Assembly (NCBI GenBank): GCA_038253225.1
Contig: JBBSHH010000002.1
Coordinates: forward strand, 971 to 64,970
Reading direction: 5' to 3'
From: Mycobacteriales bacterium
GTDB taxonomy: Bacteria > Actinomycetota > Actinomycetes > JALYNC01
Length of the DNA stretch: 64,000 nucleotides
In this document: positions 52,920 through 63,409 of the stretch, piece after piece
Layout: the number at the start of each line of letters is the position of its first letter
How positions within the stretch are numbered: the stretch's first letter is position 1
Position numbers and translations under genes: made by a program
The notes under the pieces: generated by a model
What the model was told of the DNA's origin: nothing
The model's database searches: none
What the model saw: only the letters and a program-made list of their open reading frames with translations

Positions 52920-53312
52920 ATGTCGGTCCGGGTGCTCGTCGTCGACGACACCGAGCACGTTCGCGCCATGCTCGTCGAGATGCTGCGCCTGGACGGCTTC
53001 GACGTGGTCGGGGAGGCCGCCGACGGCGAGTCGGCGGTCGCCGCGGCGATCCGGACCGACCCGCAGGTCATCGTCATGGACCTGCGCATGCCGCGGGTCG
53101 ACGGCCTCGAGGCCACCCGCCGGATCCGGGCCGAGCGACCCGACCAGCCGATCGTGATCTACACCGCCTACCTCGACACCAAGATCGAGAACGCTGCCCG
53201 GGAGGCCGGCGCCGAGCTGTGCCTCGGCAAGATCGACGGTCTGCCCAAGCTGGAGCGCGAGCTGGCCCGGCTGACGATGCACCTCGCCGGGGGAGACCGA
53301 GCGGCGCCCTAG
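52920..53312 (+). CDS. Single-domain response regulator (CheY-like receiver)
   Basis: [40 protein letters not shown]…[21 protein letters not shown]…. No output domain is present. Confidence 0.8.
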   Translation: MSVRVLVVDDTEHVRAMLVEMLRLDGFDVVGEAADGESAVAAAIRTDPQVIVMDLRMPRVDGLEATRRIRAERPDQPIVIYTAYLDTKIENAAREAGAELCLGKIDGLPKLERELARLTMHLAGGDRAAP

Positions 53313-53313
53313 C

Positions 53314-54252
53314 ATGGTTGCGGTGCGACCCCGACCCCGACCCCGACCCCGACCCTCCGCCGACGTCCGGGCGGCCCTCGCCGGCGCAGCCAGCGCCGCG
53401 GCCGCCGAAGTCGACGGTCCCCGGCTAGCGCCTCCGGACCCGACGGCGGCGGCCTTCTTCGACGTCGACAACACGATGATGGTCGGCGCGTCGATCTACC
53501 ACTTCGCCCAGGGCCTCGCGGCCCGCAAGTTCTTCACGAGCCGGGACCTCCTCCGATTCGCCTACCGGCAACTCGCCTTTCGGGTGGGCGGCGTGGAGCA
53601 GTCCGGGACGATGCTGCAGGCGCGGGAGGCCGCGCTCGCCTTCGTCGCCGGCCGCCGGGTTGCCGAGATCGTCGGTTTCGGCGAGGAGATCTACGACGAG
53701 CTGATGGCGCAGCGGGTGTGGCCGGGGACCCGCACGCTCGCGCAGCGTCACCTCGACGTCGGGCAGCGGGTCTGGCTGGTGACGGCCACGCCGGTGGAGC
53801 TGGCCCGCATCATCTCCAGCCGACTGGGGCTGACCGGCGCGCTCGGCACGGTGAGCGAGATCGACCGCGGCGTCTACACCGGTCGGCTCGTCGGAGAGCC
53901 GCTGCACGGCCCGGCGAAGGCAGCGGCGATCCGCGCCCTGGCCGAGCGGGAGGGGCTGGATCTGCGCCGATGCACGGCGTACAGCGACTCGCTCAACGAC
54001 CTGCCGATGCTCGAGCTGGTCGGTACCGCGGTGGCCGTCAACCCCGACCCTGACCTGCGGCGGGTGGCCCGGGAGCGAGGCTGGGCGGTGTGGGACTTCC
54101 GCACCGGGCGAAAGGCCGCCCGGATCGGCATCCCGGCCGCCGCCGGGATGGGCGCGGTCGCCGGGGGGATGGCGGCCGGAGTCGTGCTGCGGCGTTCCCG
54201 CGGTCGGCGCCGACGTCGACCGCCGTGGCGGGCGCTGCCGGTCGGCCGGTGA
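53314..54252 (+). CDS. HAD-IB family hydrolase (phosphoserine-phosphatase-like)
   Basis: It has the FFDVDNTMM motif I and the …[10 protein letters not shown]… motif. The N-terminus carries a (RP)5 repeat. Confidence 0.8.
   Translation: MVAVRPRPRPRPRPSADVRAALAGAASAAAAEVDGPRLAPPDPTAAAFFDVDNTMMVGASIYHFAQGLAARKFFTSRDLLRFAYRQLAFRVGGVEQSGTMLQAREAALAFVAGRRVAEIVGFGEEIYDELMAQRVWPGTRTLAQRHLDVGQRVWLVTATPVELARIISSRLGLTGALGTVSEIDRGVYTGRLVGEPLHGPAKAAAIRALAEREGLDLRRCTAYSDSLNDLPMLELVGTAVAVNPDPDLRRVARERGWAVWDFRTGRKAARIGIPAAAGMGAVAGGMAAGVVLRRSRGRRRRRPPWRALPVGR
53326..53355 (+). repeat. Hexanucleotide microsatellite (CGACCC)x5 inside the 5' end of the HAD hydrolase gene, encoding (RP)5
   Basis: cgaccccgaccccgaccccgaccccgaccc. 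It is in frame, so the copy number would change the Arg-Pro repeat length. Confidence 0.6.
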
Positions 54253-54262
54253 ACCGTCGGGC

Positions 54263-55138
54263 TCAGTGGAACGGCGAGGACCGCCGCGCCAGCAGGTCGT
54301 AGAGGGAGGACTGGATGGTCTCCCGCACCCGGTCGGTGAGCTGCTGTAGCAGCACCGGGTCGTCGGCGGCCGCGGCGCCCCCGAGCCGGTCGGTCGGGAT
54401 CGGCTCGGCGAACTCGATGAGCCACTTCGAGGGCAGCGGGATCGCCCCGAGCGGGCCGAGCCACGGGAACGTCGGAGTGATCGGGAAGTACGGCAGGCCC
54501 AACAGCCGGGCCCCGGTCCGCCAGTTCGCCAGCATCGGGTAGGTCTCCTCGGCGCCGACGATCGCCACCGGCACGATCGGAACGCCGGTCCGCAGCGCCG
54601 CGCCGACGAAGCCGCCGCGGCCGAAGCGCTGGAGTCGGTACCGCTCGGCGAAGGGCTTGCCCACGCCCTTGAAGCCTTCTGGCCACACCCCGACCAGATG
54701 GCCGTCGGCGAGCAGCCGTTCCGCGTCGGCCACGCAGGCCAGCGTCGTCCCGCTCTTGCGGGCCAGCGGCGCAAGGAACGGCAGTCGGAACACGAGGTCG
54801 GCCCCGAGCATCCGTAGGTGGCGATGCCCGGCATGGTGGTCCAGGATCGCCAGCGAGGTCATCAGCGAGTCCAGCGCGATCGTCCCGGAGTGGTTCCCGA
54901 CGACCAGCGCCCCGCCCACGGTCGGCACGTTCGCCAGCCCGCGGGCCTCGACCCGGAAGTACCGCCGGTAGAGCGGGCGGAGCGCGGCCATCAGGACCGC
55001 GTCGTTGAGCTCGACGTCGAAGCCGAACTCGTCGACGACGTAGTCGCCGGTCAGCCGCCGCCGCAGGAACCCCAGCACGGCGCCGACCCGGCGGTCCCAC
55101 TCGTCGACCGGGGCGCCCGGCGCGGCCGGCTCCGTCAC
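54263..55138 (-). CDS. 1-acyl-sn-glycerol-3-phosphate acyltransferase family (PlsC-like lysophospholipid acyltransferase)
   Basis: It has the HxxxxD motif region (NHSGTIALDS) and the …FPEG-like VWPEGFKG… motif. The protein is 291 aa. Confidence 0.8.
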   Translation of the reverse strand: MTEPAAPGAPVDEWDRRVGAVLGFLRRRLTGDYVVDEFGFDVELNDAVLMAALRPLYRRYFRVEARGLANVPTVGGALVVGNHSGTIALDSLMTSLAILDHHAGHRHLRMLGADLVFRLPFLAPLARKSGTTLACVADAERLLADGHLVGVWPEGFKGVGKPFAERYRLQRFGRGGFVGAALRTGVPIVPVAIVGAEETYPMLANWRTGARLLGLPYFPITPTFPWLGPLGAIPLPSKWLIEFAEPIPTDRLGGAAAADDPVLLQQLTDRVRETIQSSLYDLLARRSSPFH

Positions 55139-56142
55139 CGCGAGAGTCCGCAGCGCACCCGGTCGAGCAACCCGACCAGCTCCCGCTGCAGCCGGGTCAT
55201 CCCCTCGGCCGCGGCGCTCGAGCGCAGTCCACGCGCGGTGAGGAAGTCCTCGAAGGCCTCCGTCGTGCTGTACGCCGGGGTGTAGCCGAACCCCTTGCGC
55301 AGCCGGGTCGTGTCCAGCACCCGGCCGTGCTCGAGGTAGCGCACCTGCGCCGCGGAGACGTCGAGCCCGCCCGCCCGCCGCAGCTGCTGGGTCAGCAGCC
55401 CCACCGCCGGCGCGGGCACCGGCGCGGTCAACCGGCCCGACCGGCGGATCGCCTGCGAGAGCAGCAGTACGCCGCTGCCGGCGACGTTGAACGTCCCAGG
55501 CCGGTCCTCCGTCGCGGCCAGCCGCAGCACCTCCAGGGCGTCGTCCTCGTGGCAGAACTGCAGCCGCGGGTCGAAGCCCAGCACGGTGGGGACCACCGGC
55601 AGCGCGAAGTACTGGCTCAGCGGGGTGTCGACCCGCGGGCCGATCAGCTCGGCGAACCGCAGGATGGTGACCGCGACGTCGGGCCGGCGGCGACCAACGG
55701 CGCGGACGTGGCCCTCGACCTCGACGGCGTCCGTGGCGTCGCCGCTGCGCGGCGTCGCCGGCTGCATCTGCTCGGCGAACACGGCCGGATCCTGCGGCGA
55801 CGAGCCGTACACCGCTCCGGTCGACCGGAGCACCAGCCGGCGCAGCAACGGAGCCTGCTGGCAGGCGGCCAGCAGCTGGCCGGCGCCGACCGGCCCTGGT
55901 GCCACGCCGAGGTGCAGCACCGTGTCGACCGCGGATTCGGCCACCACCCGCCCGATCGCGGTGCTGCGCACATCCACCCGGACGAACTCGGTCCGCCCGA
56001 GGGCGGACCGCAAGCCCGCTCGGGGGGCAACGGTGTCGACCCCGAGCACCCGCTCGATCGCGGGGTCGGCGGCCAGCACCCCGGCCAGCCGCGCGGCGAG
56101 GTCCAGGGCGACCCCGGTGACCAGGACGACCCGCGGCGACAC
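55135..56142 (-). CDS. NAD-dependent epimerase/dehydratase family protein
   Basis: N-terminal Rossmann region VVLVTGVALDLAARLAGVL. It is 335 aa and overlaps the PlsC start. Confidence 0.75.
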   Translation of the reverse strand: MSPRVVLVTGVALDLAARLAGVLAADPAIERVLGVDTVAPRAGLRSALGRTEFVRVDVRSTAIGRVVAESAVDTVLHLGVAPGPVGAGQLLAACQQAPLLRRLVLRSTGAVYGSSPQDPAVFAEQMQPATPRSGDATDAVEVEGHVRAVGRRRPDVAVTILRFAELIGPRVDTPLSQYFALPVVPTVLGFDPRLQFCHEDDALEVLRLAATEDRPGTFNVAGSGVLLLSQAIRRSGRLTAPVPAPAVGLLTQQLRRAGGLDVSAAQVRYLEHGRVLDTTRLRKGFGYTPAYSTTEAFEDFLTARGLRSSAAAEGMTRLQRELVGLLDRVRCGLSR

Positions 56143-56159
56143 CGCAGCTCCGCGGGGGC

Positions 56160-57002
56160 TCAGCCGCCGGACCGGGTGCCGGCCGGCTGCGCTATCCGGC
56201 TGATGACCATCGGGTCACCCCGGCTGACCCGCAGCGTGCGGGCGGCGTGACCGAGGTTCACCGATACCTGGACGGCCCGGAACGAGTCCTCGCACAGCGC
56301 CACCCGGCCACGCGGGACGTCGCCGTAGGTCATCGTGAAGGGCACCGTCATCGTCCGCCCGGCGCAGCGCAGCTCGACGGTGTCGCCGAGGGACATGCCG
56401 GCCGCCTCCAGGTCGGCCCGGGCGACATTCAGCGCCAGGTTGCCGAAATGGTCGACGTTGAGGACCTCACCATGGACGTGGTCGTCATCGATCATGGCGG
56501 CGCGCGCCTTGAGCACGGTGAGCGTGGCCAGCTCGACGGCCGGCCCGACCGTGTCCGGCGGGGTGCCGGCGGCCAGGTGCGCGGCGACCGGTGCGAAGAC
56601 GTCCCGCCCGCGGAAGGTCCGGCTGGGCGTGTCCAGCTCCAGCTCGGTGTTGCGGATCTCGTAGGCGGCGGTGGCCCCGCCCAGCGCCGCCCAGGCCTTG
56701 GACAACACCCCGTTGTCGGGGCCGACCAGCAGCGAGCCGTTGGCAGCCACCACCACACCGCGGGAGACCGTGGCCTGCATCGGGTCGACCAGCCCCAGGT
56801 GCACCGCTGGCGGGAGGTAGGGCATCGCGGCGGCGAAGACCGTCGCGCCCTGGACGACGTCCTGCGGAGCGACCAGATGGCAGATGTCGATCACCCGGAC
56901 CTGCGGCGCGACACAGGCCATCACGCCCTTGCAGACCCCGACGAAGACGTCGTCGAGGCCGTAGTCCGAGAGAAAGGTGATCCAGTCGAAGCGCTGCGCC
57001 AC
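56160..57002 (-). CDS. SAM hydroxide adenosyltransferase (DUF62) family protein
   Basis: ITFLSDYGLDDVFVGVCKGVMACVAP…VIDICHLVAPQDV…NVDHFGNLALN…, which is DUF62-typical. Confidence 0.75.
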   Translation of the reverse strand: MAQRFDWITFLSDYGLDDVFVGVCKGVMACVAPQVRVIDICHLVAPQDVVQGATVFAAAMPYLPPAVHLGLVDPMQATVSRGVVVAANGSLLVGPDNGVLSKAWAALGGATAAYEIRNTELELDTPSRTFRGRDVFAPVAAHLAAGTPPDTVGPAVELATLTVLKARAAMIDDDHVHGEVLNVDHFGNLALNVARADLEAAGMSLGDTVELRCAGRTMTVPFTMTYGDVPRGRVALCEDSFRAVQVSVNLGHAARTLRVSRGDPMVISRIAQPAGTRSGG

Positions 57003-57020
57003 CGTGCCGAACCTCCCGCG

Positions 57021-57119
57021 CTACTTCTTGTTGCGCCGCTGGACCCGGGTGCGCTTGAGCAGCTTGCGGTGCTTCTTCTTCGCCATCCGCTTGCGGCGCT
57101 TCTTGATGACCGAGCCCAC
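57021..57119 (-). CDS. 30S ribosomal protein bS22 (32 aa). This small gene is absent from the supplied ORF track.
   Basis: The reverse complement reads GTG GGC TCG GTC ATC AAG AAG CGC CGC AAG CGG ATG GCG AAG AAG AAG CAC CGC AAG CTG CTC AAG CGC ACC CGG GTC CAG CGG CGC AAC AAG AAG TAG, giving [32 protein letters not shown]. It lies just upstream of an excisionase-like HTH gene, which is the conserved actinobacterial arrangement. Confidence 0.85.
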   Translation of the reverse strand: MGSVIKKRRKRMAKKKHRKLLKRTRVQRRNKK

Positions 57120-57238
57120 AGAAAACCTTCTCACTGCCTACGACGGCTGTGCTGCTCACGACGGAAAGGGCGACACCGCAGCAACTCGTGCGGGTCGCCG
57201 TTGCGCGCCGAGCCTAGCCGATCCGCCGTCCGGGCCGG

Positions 57239-57442
57239 TCAGCCGGCTTCGATGAACGCGTTGCTGAGGTAGTCGTGGACGGCCTGCTCGGGCACCCGGA
57301 ACGACCGGCCGACCCGGATCGCCGGCAGCCGGCCGTCGTGCACCAGCCGGTAGACCGTCATCTTCGACACCCGCATGACGGCCGCGACCTCGGCCACGGT
57401 GAGAAAGCGCACCTCGGACAGAGGTCGCTCGGATATCGCCAT
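57239..57442 (-). CDS. Helix-turn-helix (excisionase/MerR-like) DNA-binding protein
   Basis: MAISERPLSEVRFLTVAEVAAVMRVSKMTVYRLVHDGRLPAIRVGRSFRVPEQAVHDYL…. The track ORF extends to 57499. Confidence 0.8.
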   Translation of the reverse strand: MAISERPLSEVRFLTVAEVAAVMRVSKMTVYRLVHDGRLPAIRVGRSFRVPEQAVHDYLSNAFIEAG

Positions 57443-57548
57443 GGGCACCGCGCCTTCGGCACGCGACGGGCGCCGGCTTCCCCTCCGGCACGAAGTCACG
57501 CACGTGCCCGCTCAGCGTAACGGGTGGGCCAGGTCGACGTCACCGTGA

Positions 57549-58340
57549 TCAGCGGGACGGGAGGTGTGCGAGCAAATAGGCGGCGAGCGGGGTGTAGTGG
57601 TGCGGGAGGACGTTGTCGTCGAGCGGTACGGCGACCAGCACCCGTCCCTCCGCCTCGCCCACGAACAGCGCCGGGTCGTTGCAGTCGGCGAAGCCCACGC
57701 TCTCGACGCCGGCCGCGCCGGCGGCACCGGCCCAGCCGTGGTCGCCGACCACCAGGTCCGGCGGCTCCGCACCCGCGTCGGCGAGCGCCTTGAGGATGGC
57801 CTCCATCGGAGCCGGTGAGTGGGTGTGGTTGAGCCCCGCGCCGCTGCTGACCATGCCGACGCCGCCGATGTAGCGCAGCTCCCGGTGCCGGCCGTCCTCG
57901 TTGCGGTGCGACCAGCCCTCCGCCGGCGTGAGCAGCTCGCAGCCGTGGTCGGCCAGCGCCCGCGCCACCTCGGCGTGGATGGCCCCGACGCCGGCCGGAT
58001 GGCCGGTGCATACCAGCACCCGTTCCCGGCGCCGCGCCGCGGTCGCGATCCGCTGCCCCATCGCGTCGAGCCGGTCTACGGTGGCGTCCGGGTCGATGGT
58101 GTCGCCGCCCTGGGTGTAGGCCGGGTCGGGGTTGACGCCCACCCGATCGGCCATCAGCGCGAGCACGTCTGCCGCGGTCCAGGCGCCGTCGAAGGTCAAC
58201 CCGAACAGGTAGAGCGGCTCCCGGTCGCTGAGCTTGCGGAAGTTGCCCAAGTTGTTCTCCCGCGGAGTGGCGACCGAGCCGGCGATGCGGGTGGCGATGA
58301 GGTGCTCGCGCAGCTCTGCGCGGGTCGGGACGGCGGTCAC
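57549..58340 (-). CDS. Conserved hypothetical protein (function unknown)
   Basis: 263 aa with good coding character (…RVLVCTGHPAGVGAIHAEVARAL…GLNHTHSPAPMEAIL…). The ATGA overlaps the upstream AcuC-like gene stop. Confidence 0.5.
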   Translation of the reverse strand: MTAVPTRAELREHLIATRIAGSVATPRENNLGNFRKLSDREPLYLFGLTFDGAWTAADVLALMADRVGVNPDPAYTQGGDTIDPDATVDRLDAMGQRIATAARRRERVLVCTGHPAGVGAIHAEVARALADHGCELLTPAEGWSHRNEDGRHRELRYIGGVGMVSSGAGLNHTHSPAPMEAILKALADAGAEPPDLVVGDHGWAGAAGAAGVESVGFADCNDPALFVGEAEGRVLVAVPLDDNVLPHHYTPLAAYLLAHLPSR

Positions 58341-59527
58341 GAGGCTCCCAGCGGGTCGAGGGAATGGCGGGCGAAGACCGCGTCTCGGGTGGCCGCCACC
58401 GCTCGGTCGACCGCGTCGGCGGGGTCACCGCGGCCGCCCGGCCAGCTGCGGATCACCGGCGCCGCGCCGTCGGTCATCCGGGCCGGGGCGCTCTGGCCGG
58501 TGCGAGCCCGGCAGAGCTCACGCCACGGCGCGGGGGTGGCGGTCTCCGGCGGGATCGGTCGACCGGCCGCCTCGGCGAGCAGGTGGGTCCACGCGCGTGG
58601 AACCACCTGGACGAGCTGGTAGCCGCCACCGCCGGTGGCGACCCAGCGACCGTCGCAGATCTCGTGCGCGAGTGCGTGCAGGGCGGCGTACGTCGTGCGC
58701 TGCCCGTCGAGGCTGAGCATCAGGTGGGCCAGCGGGTCCAGGGCGTGGCCGTCGCAGCCGGCCTGGGTGACCAGCACCTGCGGCCCAAACGACCGCAGCA
58801 GCGGCGGAACCACCGCGGCGAAGGCCCGCAGCCAGCCGTCGTCGCCGGTACCGGCCGGCAACGCGACGTTGACGGCGTACCCCTGCGCCCCCGCTGCCCC
58901 GGTCTCGCTGGGGAACCCGGTGCCCGGGAACAGGGTGCGGCCGGACTCGTGCAGGCTGATCGTGAGCACTCTCGGGTCGGCGTAGAACGCGGCTTGGACG
59001 CCGTCCCCGTGGTGCACGTCGACGTCGACGTAGCCGACCCGTTCGCAGCCCTGCTCCAGCAGCCAGGCGATCGCGACGGCGGGGTCGTTGTAGACGCAGA
59101 ACCCGGCGGCGGCGTCGGGCATCGCGTGGTGCAGGCCACCGGCGATGTTCACCGCATGCTCGCTGGCACCGGTCCAGACCGACCGGGCCGCGGCGACGGT
59201 GGCCCCGGCGACCAGCGCCGACGCCTCGTGCATGCCCGCGAACACCGGGTCGTCGGGGGTGCCGAGCCCGTGCCGCACGTCCGCCCGGTGTGGGCGGCCC
59301 CCGGCCCGGCGGACCGCCGCGACGTAGTCGGAGGTGTGCACCAGCCGGAGCAGGTCGTCGGCGGCGGTCTCCGGTCGCTGCAGCGTGACCCGGTCGGCAT
59401 CGAGGACACCGAGGCCGCTGGCCAACGCGATCGTGAGCTCCACCCGGACCGGTGCGAGCGGGTGTCCGGGGCCGAAGTCGTAGTCGAGGAGCGCCTCGTC
59501 CCACACCACCGTCAGGGACTCGCTCAC
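58337..59527 (-). CDS. Histone deacetylase-family protein (acetoin utilization AcuC-like)
   Basis: …AVNIAGGLHHAMPDAAAGFCVYND…DVDVHHGDGVQ…, which are HDAC active-site regions. The protein is 396 aa. Confidence 0.85.
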   Translation of the reverse strand: MSESLTVVWDEALLDYDFGPGHPLAPVRVELTIALASGLGVLDADRVTLQRPETAADDLLRLVHTSDYVAAVRRAGGRPHRADVRHGLGTPDDPVFAGMHEASALVAGATVAAARSVWTGASEHAVNIAGGLHHAMPDAAAGFCVYNDPAVAIAWLLEQGCERVGYVDVDVHHGDGVQAAFYADPRVLTISLHESGRTLFPGTGFPSETGAAGAQGYAVNVALPAGTGDDGWLRAFAAVVPPLLRSFGPQVLVTQAGCDGHALDPLAHLMLSLDGQRTTYAALHALAHEICDGRWVATGGGGYQLVQVVPRAWTHLLAEAAGRPIPPETATPAPWRELCRARTGQSAPARMTDGAAPVIRSWPGGRGDPADAVDRAVAATRDAVFARHSLDPLGAS

Positions 59528-59553
59528 CGGCCCAGGCTACGGGGCGGCCCCGG

Positions 59554-60734
59554 CTACTCCGTTCGCAGGGCGACGACGGGCTCGAGCCGCCCGGCGCGGC
59601 GGGCCGGGACCACGCCGAAGAAGATGCCGACCGCCGCCGACACCCCGAACGCCAGCACCGGCGACCACCACGAAATGACCGCCGGCAGCGGCGAGACCGC
59701 GTCGAGCAGGGCGCAAACGCCGAAGCCGATCGCGATGCCGAGCAGCCCACCGAGCACCGTGAGCAGCACCGCCTCGATGAGGAACTGCAGCAGGATGTCG
59801 CGCTGCCGCGCACCGAGGGCCTTGCGCAGCCCGATCTCGCGGGTCCGCTCGCGGACCGAGACCAGCATGATGTTGGAGACGCCGACACCGCCGACGAGCA
59901 GGCTGATCGCCGCGATCGCGGCGAGCACCAGCGTGAGCAGGCCGAGGATCTTGCCGATCGTGCCGAGGATCTGGGTCTGGGTGACGGCCGAGAACTCCTC
60001 GTTGGGGTAGCGCCGTTGGAGCGTACGGACCGCCAGCCGCCGCACCCGGTCGATCGCGGCGGTGGTCGGTGCCTTGATCGCGAGCGCGTCGACCCGCTGG
60101 GTGCCGAACAGCCGCTGGGCCGCGGTGATCGGCACGTGCACCTCGCCGTCCCGGCTGACCCCGAAGGCGGAGCCGGCCGCCGGGAACACCCCGACGACCC
60201 GGAACCGCACGCCGGCGATGGTGACCTGCCGGCCGAGCGGGTCGCGGTCGGGGAACAGCCGCCCGCCGGCCTGCGAGCCGAGGACCGCCACCCGCCGCCG
60301 GGTGTCCACGTCGCTGGTGGTGATGTAGCGGCCGCGCTGCACCGGGCGGTCGAAGACCCGGCCGACGTTGGCGTTGGTGCCGTTGACGGTCGCGAAGAAG
60401 GTGCGGCTGCCCGAGCGCACGGTCTCCCCGGACGCGACCGTCGCACCCACCGCGTGCGGGTCGTCGAGGGCCCGGCCCACCGCGTCGACGTCGGTGAGCT
60501 GGAGCCGGCTCACGGTGGGCGCCGAGCCGAACTCGAACCGGCCGGGCACCACGATCACGATGTTGGAGCCGAGCCCCTCCACCTGGCTGGTGACCTCGTC
60601 CTTGGCCCCGGTGCCGATCGCCACCAGTACCACGACGGCGGCCACGCCGATGACGACACCGAGCATGGTCAGCGCGCTGCGCAGTCGGTTCGCGCGCAGT
60701 GCGTCGACCGCGACCCGGAACGCCTCCGCGGACC

Positions 60735-60738
<4 letters not shown>
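59554..60738 (-). CDS. ABC transporter permease, MacB/FtsX family
   Basis: 394 aa: N-terminal TM, a periplasmic domain, then a C-terminal FtsX 4-TM region (…LLVGGVGVSNIMLVSVRERTREIGLRKALGA…). Confidence 0.85.
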
Positions 60739-61432
<694 letters not shown>

Positions 61433-61436
<4 letters not shown>

Positions 61437-62791
61437 GGCCAGGGCAGCTTCTGCCCGGCCGTGACGGTGTCCGCGCCGTGGACGACGACCCGCTCCCCGG
61501 GCCGGAGGCCCTCGAGCACCTGGACCAGCTCGTCGCCCTGGGCGCCGAGCGTCACCGGGCGGCGCCGGGCCCGCCCGGCGAGGTCGACGTACACGGCGTC
61601 CCGGCTGCCGTCGCGGACGATCGCGCTGGCCGGTACGGCGACCGCGTCGACGGCGCGCCGCACCTGCATGTCCGCGACCGCGCTCATGCCGGGGCGCGGT
61701 GGCGGCGCCGGCCCGCCGTCCGGCAACCGGCCCGGGCCGAGGGCGAGCCTGACCCGGTAGCTGACCCCGCCGCCGGTCGAGCCGGTGGGCGCCAGGTCGA
61801 CGCTGGTGACCCGGGCCACGTAGCGGGCGCCCGGCAGCGCGTCGAGGTCGACGGTGGCCGGCACGCCGGGGCGGACCAGGAAGACGTCGGTCTCGTCGAC
61901 CTCCGCGGTGAGGGTCAGCGTCGAGATGTCGGTGACGGTCGCCACCGCGGCACCGCTGCCGACCGGCGCGCCCACCGCGATGCTGGCCACGCTGGTCTGC
62001 GCGCCACCGGTGCCGCCGAGGGCCTGCTGCGCCTGCCCCTGCAGCGAGGACGGCAACGAGCCGAGAACGCCGGACAGGGCGGCGGAGCCGGTGTCGGAGC
62101 CGGCCCCGGACCCGGACCCGGACCCGCCGAGAGACACCACGCCGGCGATCGGCGCCCGTACCACCAGCGCCGCCACCGCCTGCCGGGCGACCGCGACGAC
62201 GGCGCGGGTCTGCACCCGCTGCGCCGAGGTGAGCGAGGACAGGGCCCGGGACAGGCTGCCGAGCCCGGCGTTGAACGACCGGACGGCAGCGGTGGCGGCA
62301 GCCCGCGCGGAGCCGTACCGGGCGACCGCGGCCGCGATCCGGGCCAGCGCCGGCGTCCGCGCCGGCGCCGGCAGCAACTGCGCCGCCTGCCGGGACGCCT
62401 CGAAGGCCGCATTCGCGGCCGCGTCGCTCTGGGCCTGGAAGCCGGACAGGTCGGGCTGCGGCACCCGCACCGTCGAGCTGGTCGCCTGCTGGTCCGCGGT
62501 CTCCGCCTGCGCCAGCCGCTGTCGGGCCGCCGGCGAGTCGATCCGCAGCAGCACGGCGCCGGGCGCGACCCGCTGCCCGTCGCGGACCAACAGCTGCGCC
62601 ACGCGCCCCTCCGCGGCGGCGTGCAGCGTCGCCGACGCGCGGGCGACCACGGTCGCCGGTGCCTCCACCACTTCGGTCACGGTCGACCGGCCGACGGTGC
62701 CCACCCGGACCGGTCGCGCGGTGCCGCCGCTGCAGGCGGCCAGCACCACCAGCAGTACGACGACCGCGCCGGTGGCCCGCAGCGGTTTCAT
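61433..62791 (-). CDS. Efflux periplasmic adaptor (HlyD/MacA-like) lipoprotein
   Basis: 452 aa from ATG (MKPLRATGAVVVLLVVLAACSGG, with a lipobox). It has an Ala/Gln-rich coiled-coil middle and a C-terminal beta-barrel. The track ORF's N-terminal 127 aa are junk. Confidence 0.75.
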
Positions 62792-62855
62792 CCCGCCAGG
62801 GTAGGTCGGGGTCGGGTAGCGCGCGCGGGCGTCGGCGCCCGGCCGTGGCGAGCGG

Positions 62856-63359
62856 CTACTCGGGGTGCGCCGCGTAGCCGACCATCCAGTGCGGCCGTAC
62901 CCGCAGGTAGACGATGTCCGGGCCCCAGGAGGACGGCGAGCTGCCGTAGTGGCGGACCAGATGGTCCTCGACGCCGGCGAAGTCCGGGTGCTCCGCGGCG
63001 AGGAACTCGGCCGCACCGTGGACGAAGACGCCCAGGTCGTCGCCCGCGACGTGCGCGACGCTGACCGCCGGCCGGGCTCGCAGCTGACGTGCCTTGGCCG
63101 CCCCACCGGCCGTGGTGAAAACGAACCGGGCGTGCAGGAAGTGGCCGTCGGCGGCGCTGATCCGCGGCTCACCGCCGGCGGTCACGGTCGCCACGGACAA
63201 CGTCCGCATCCCGCTGAGCGCGCGGGTGAGCTGCTCGGCGGTCAGCGAGTGCCGCGGGTCGACGATCGACCGGAGGTGCTCGGTCGAACCGGCCAGCGAC
63301 CGGGTGAGCAGGTCCTGCAACGAGTCGAGCTCGGCGGCGGTCTCCTCCATCCCGGCCAT
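62856..63359 (-). CDS. Pyridoxamine 5'-phosphate oxidase-family (PPOX-like) protein
   Basis: 167 aa: …RTLSVATVTAGGEPRISAADGHFLHARFVFTTAGG…VHGAAEFL…. Confidence 0.55.
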   Translation of the reverse strand: MAGMEETAAELDSLQDLLTRSLAGSTEHLRSIVDPRHSLTAEQLTRALSGMRTLSVATVTAGGEPRISAADGHFLHARFVFTTAGGAAKARQLRARPAVSVAHVAGDDLGVFVHGAAEFLAAEHPDFAGVEDHLVRHYGSSPSSWGPDIVYLRVRPHWMVGYAAHPE

Positions 63360-63409
63360 GCTGCCCCGCTCGCCGCCGGTTGCCCAGGTGCTGACCGCGG
63401 TCGCGGTCG

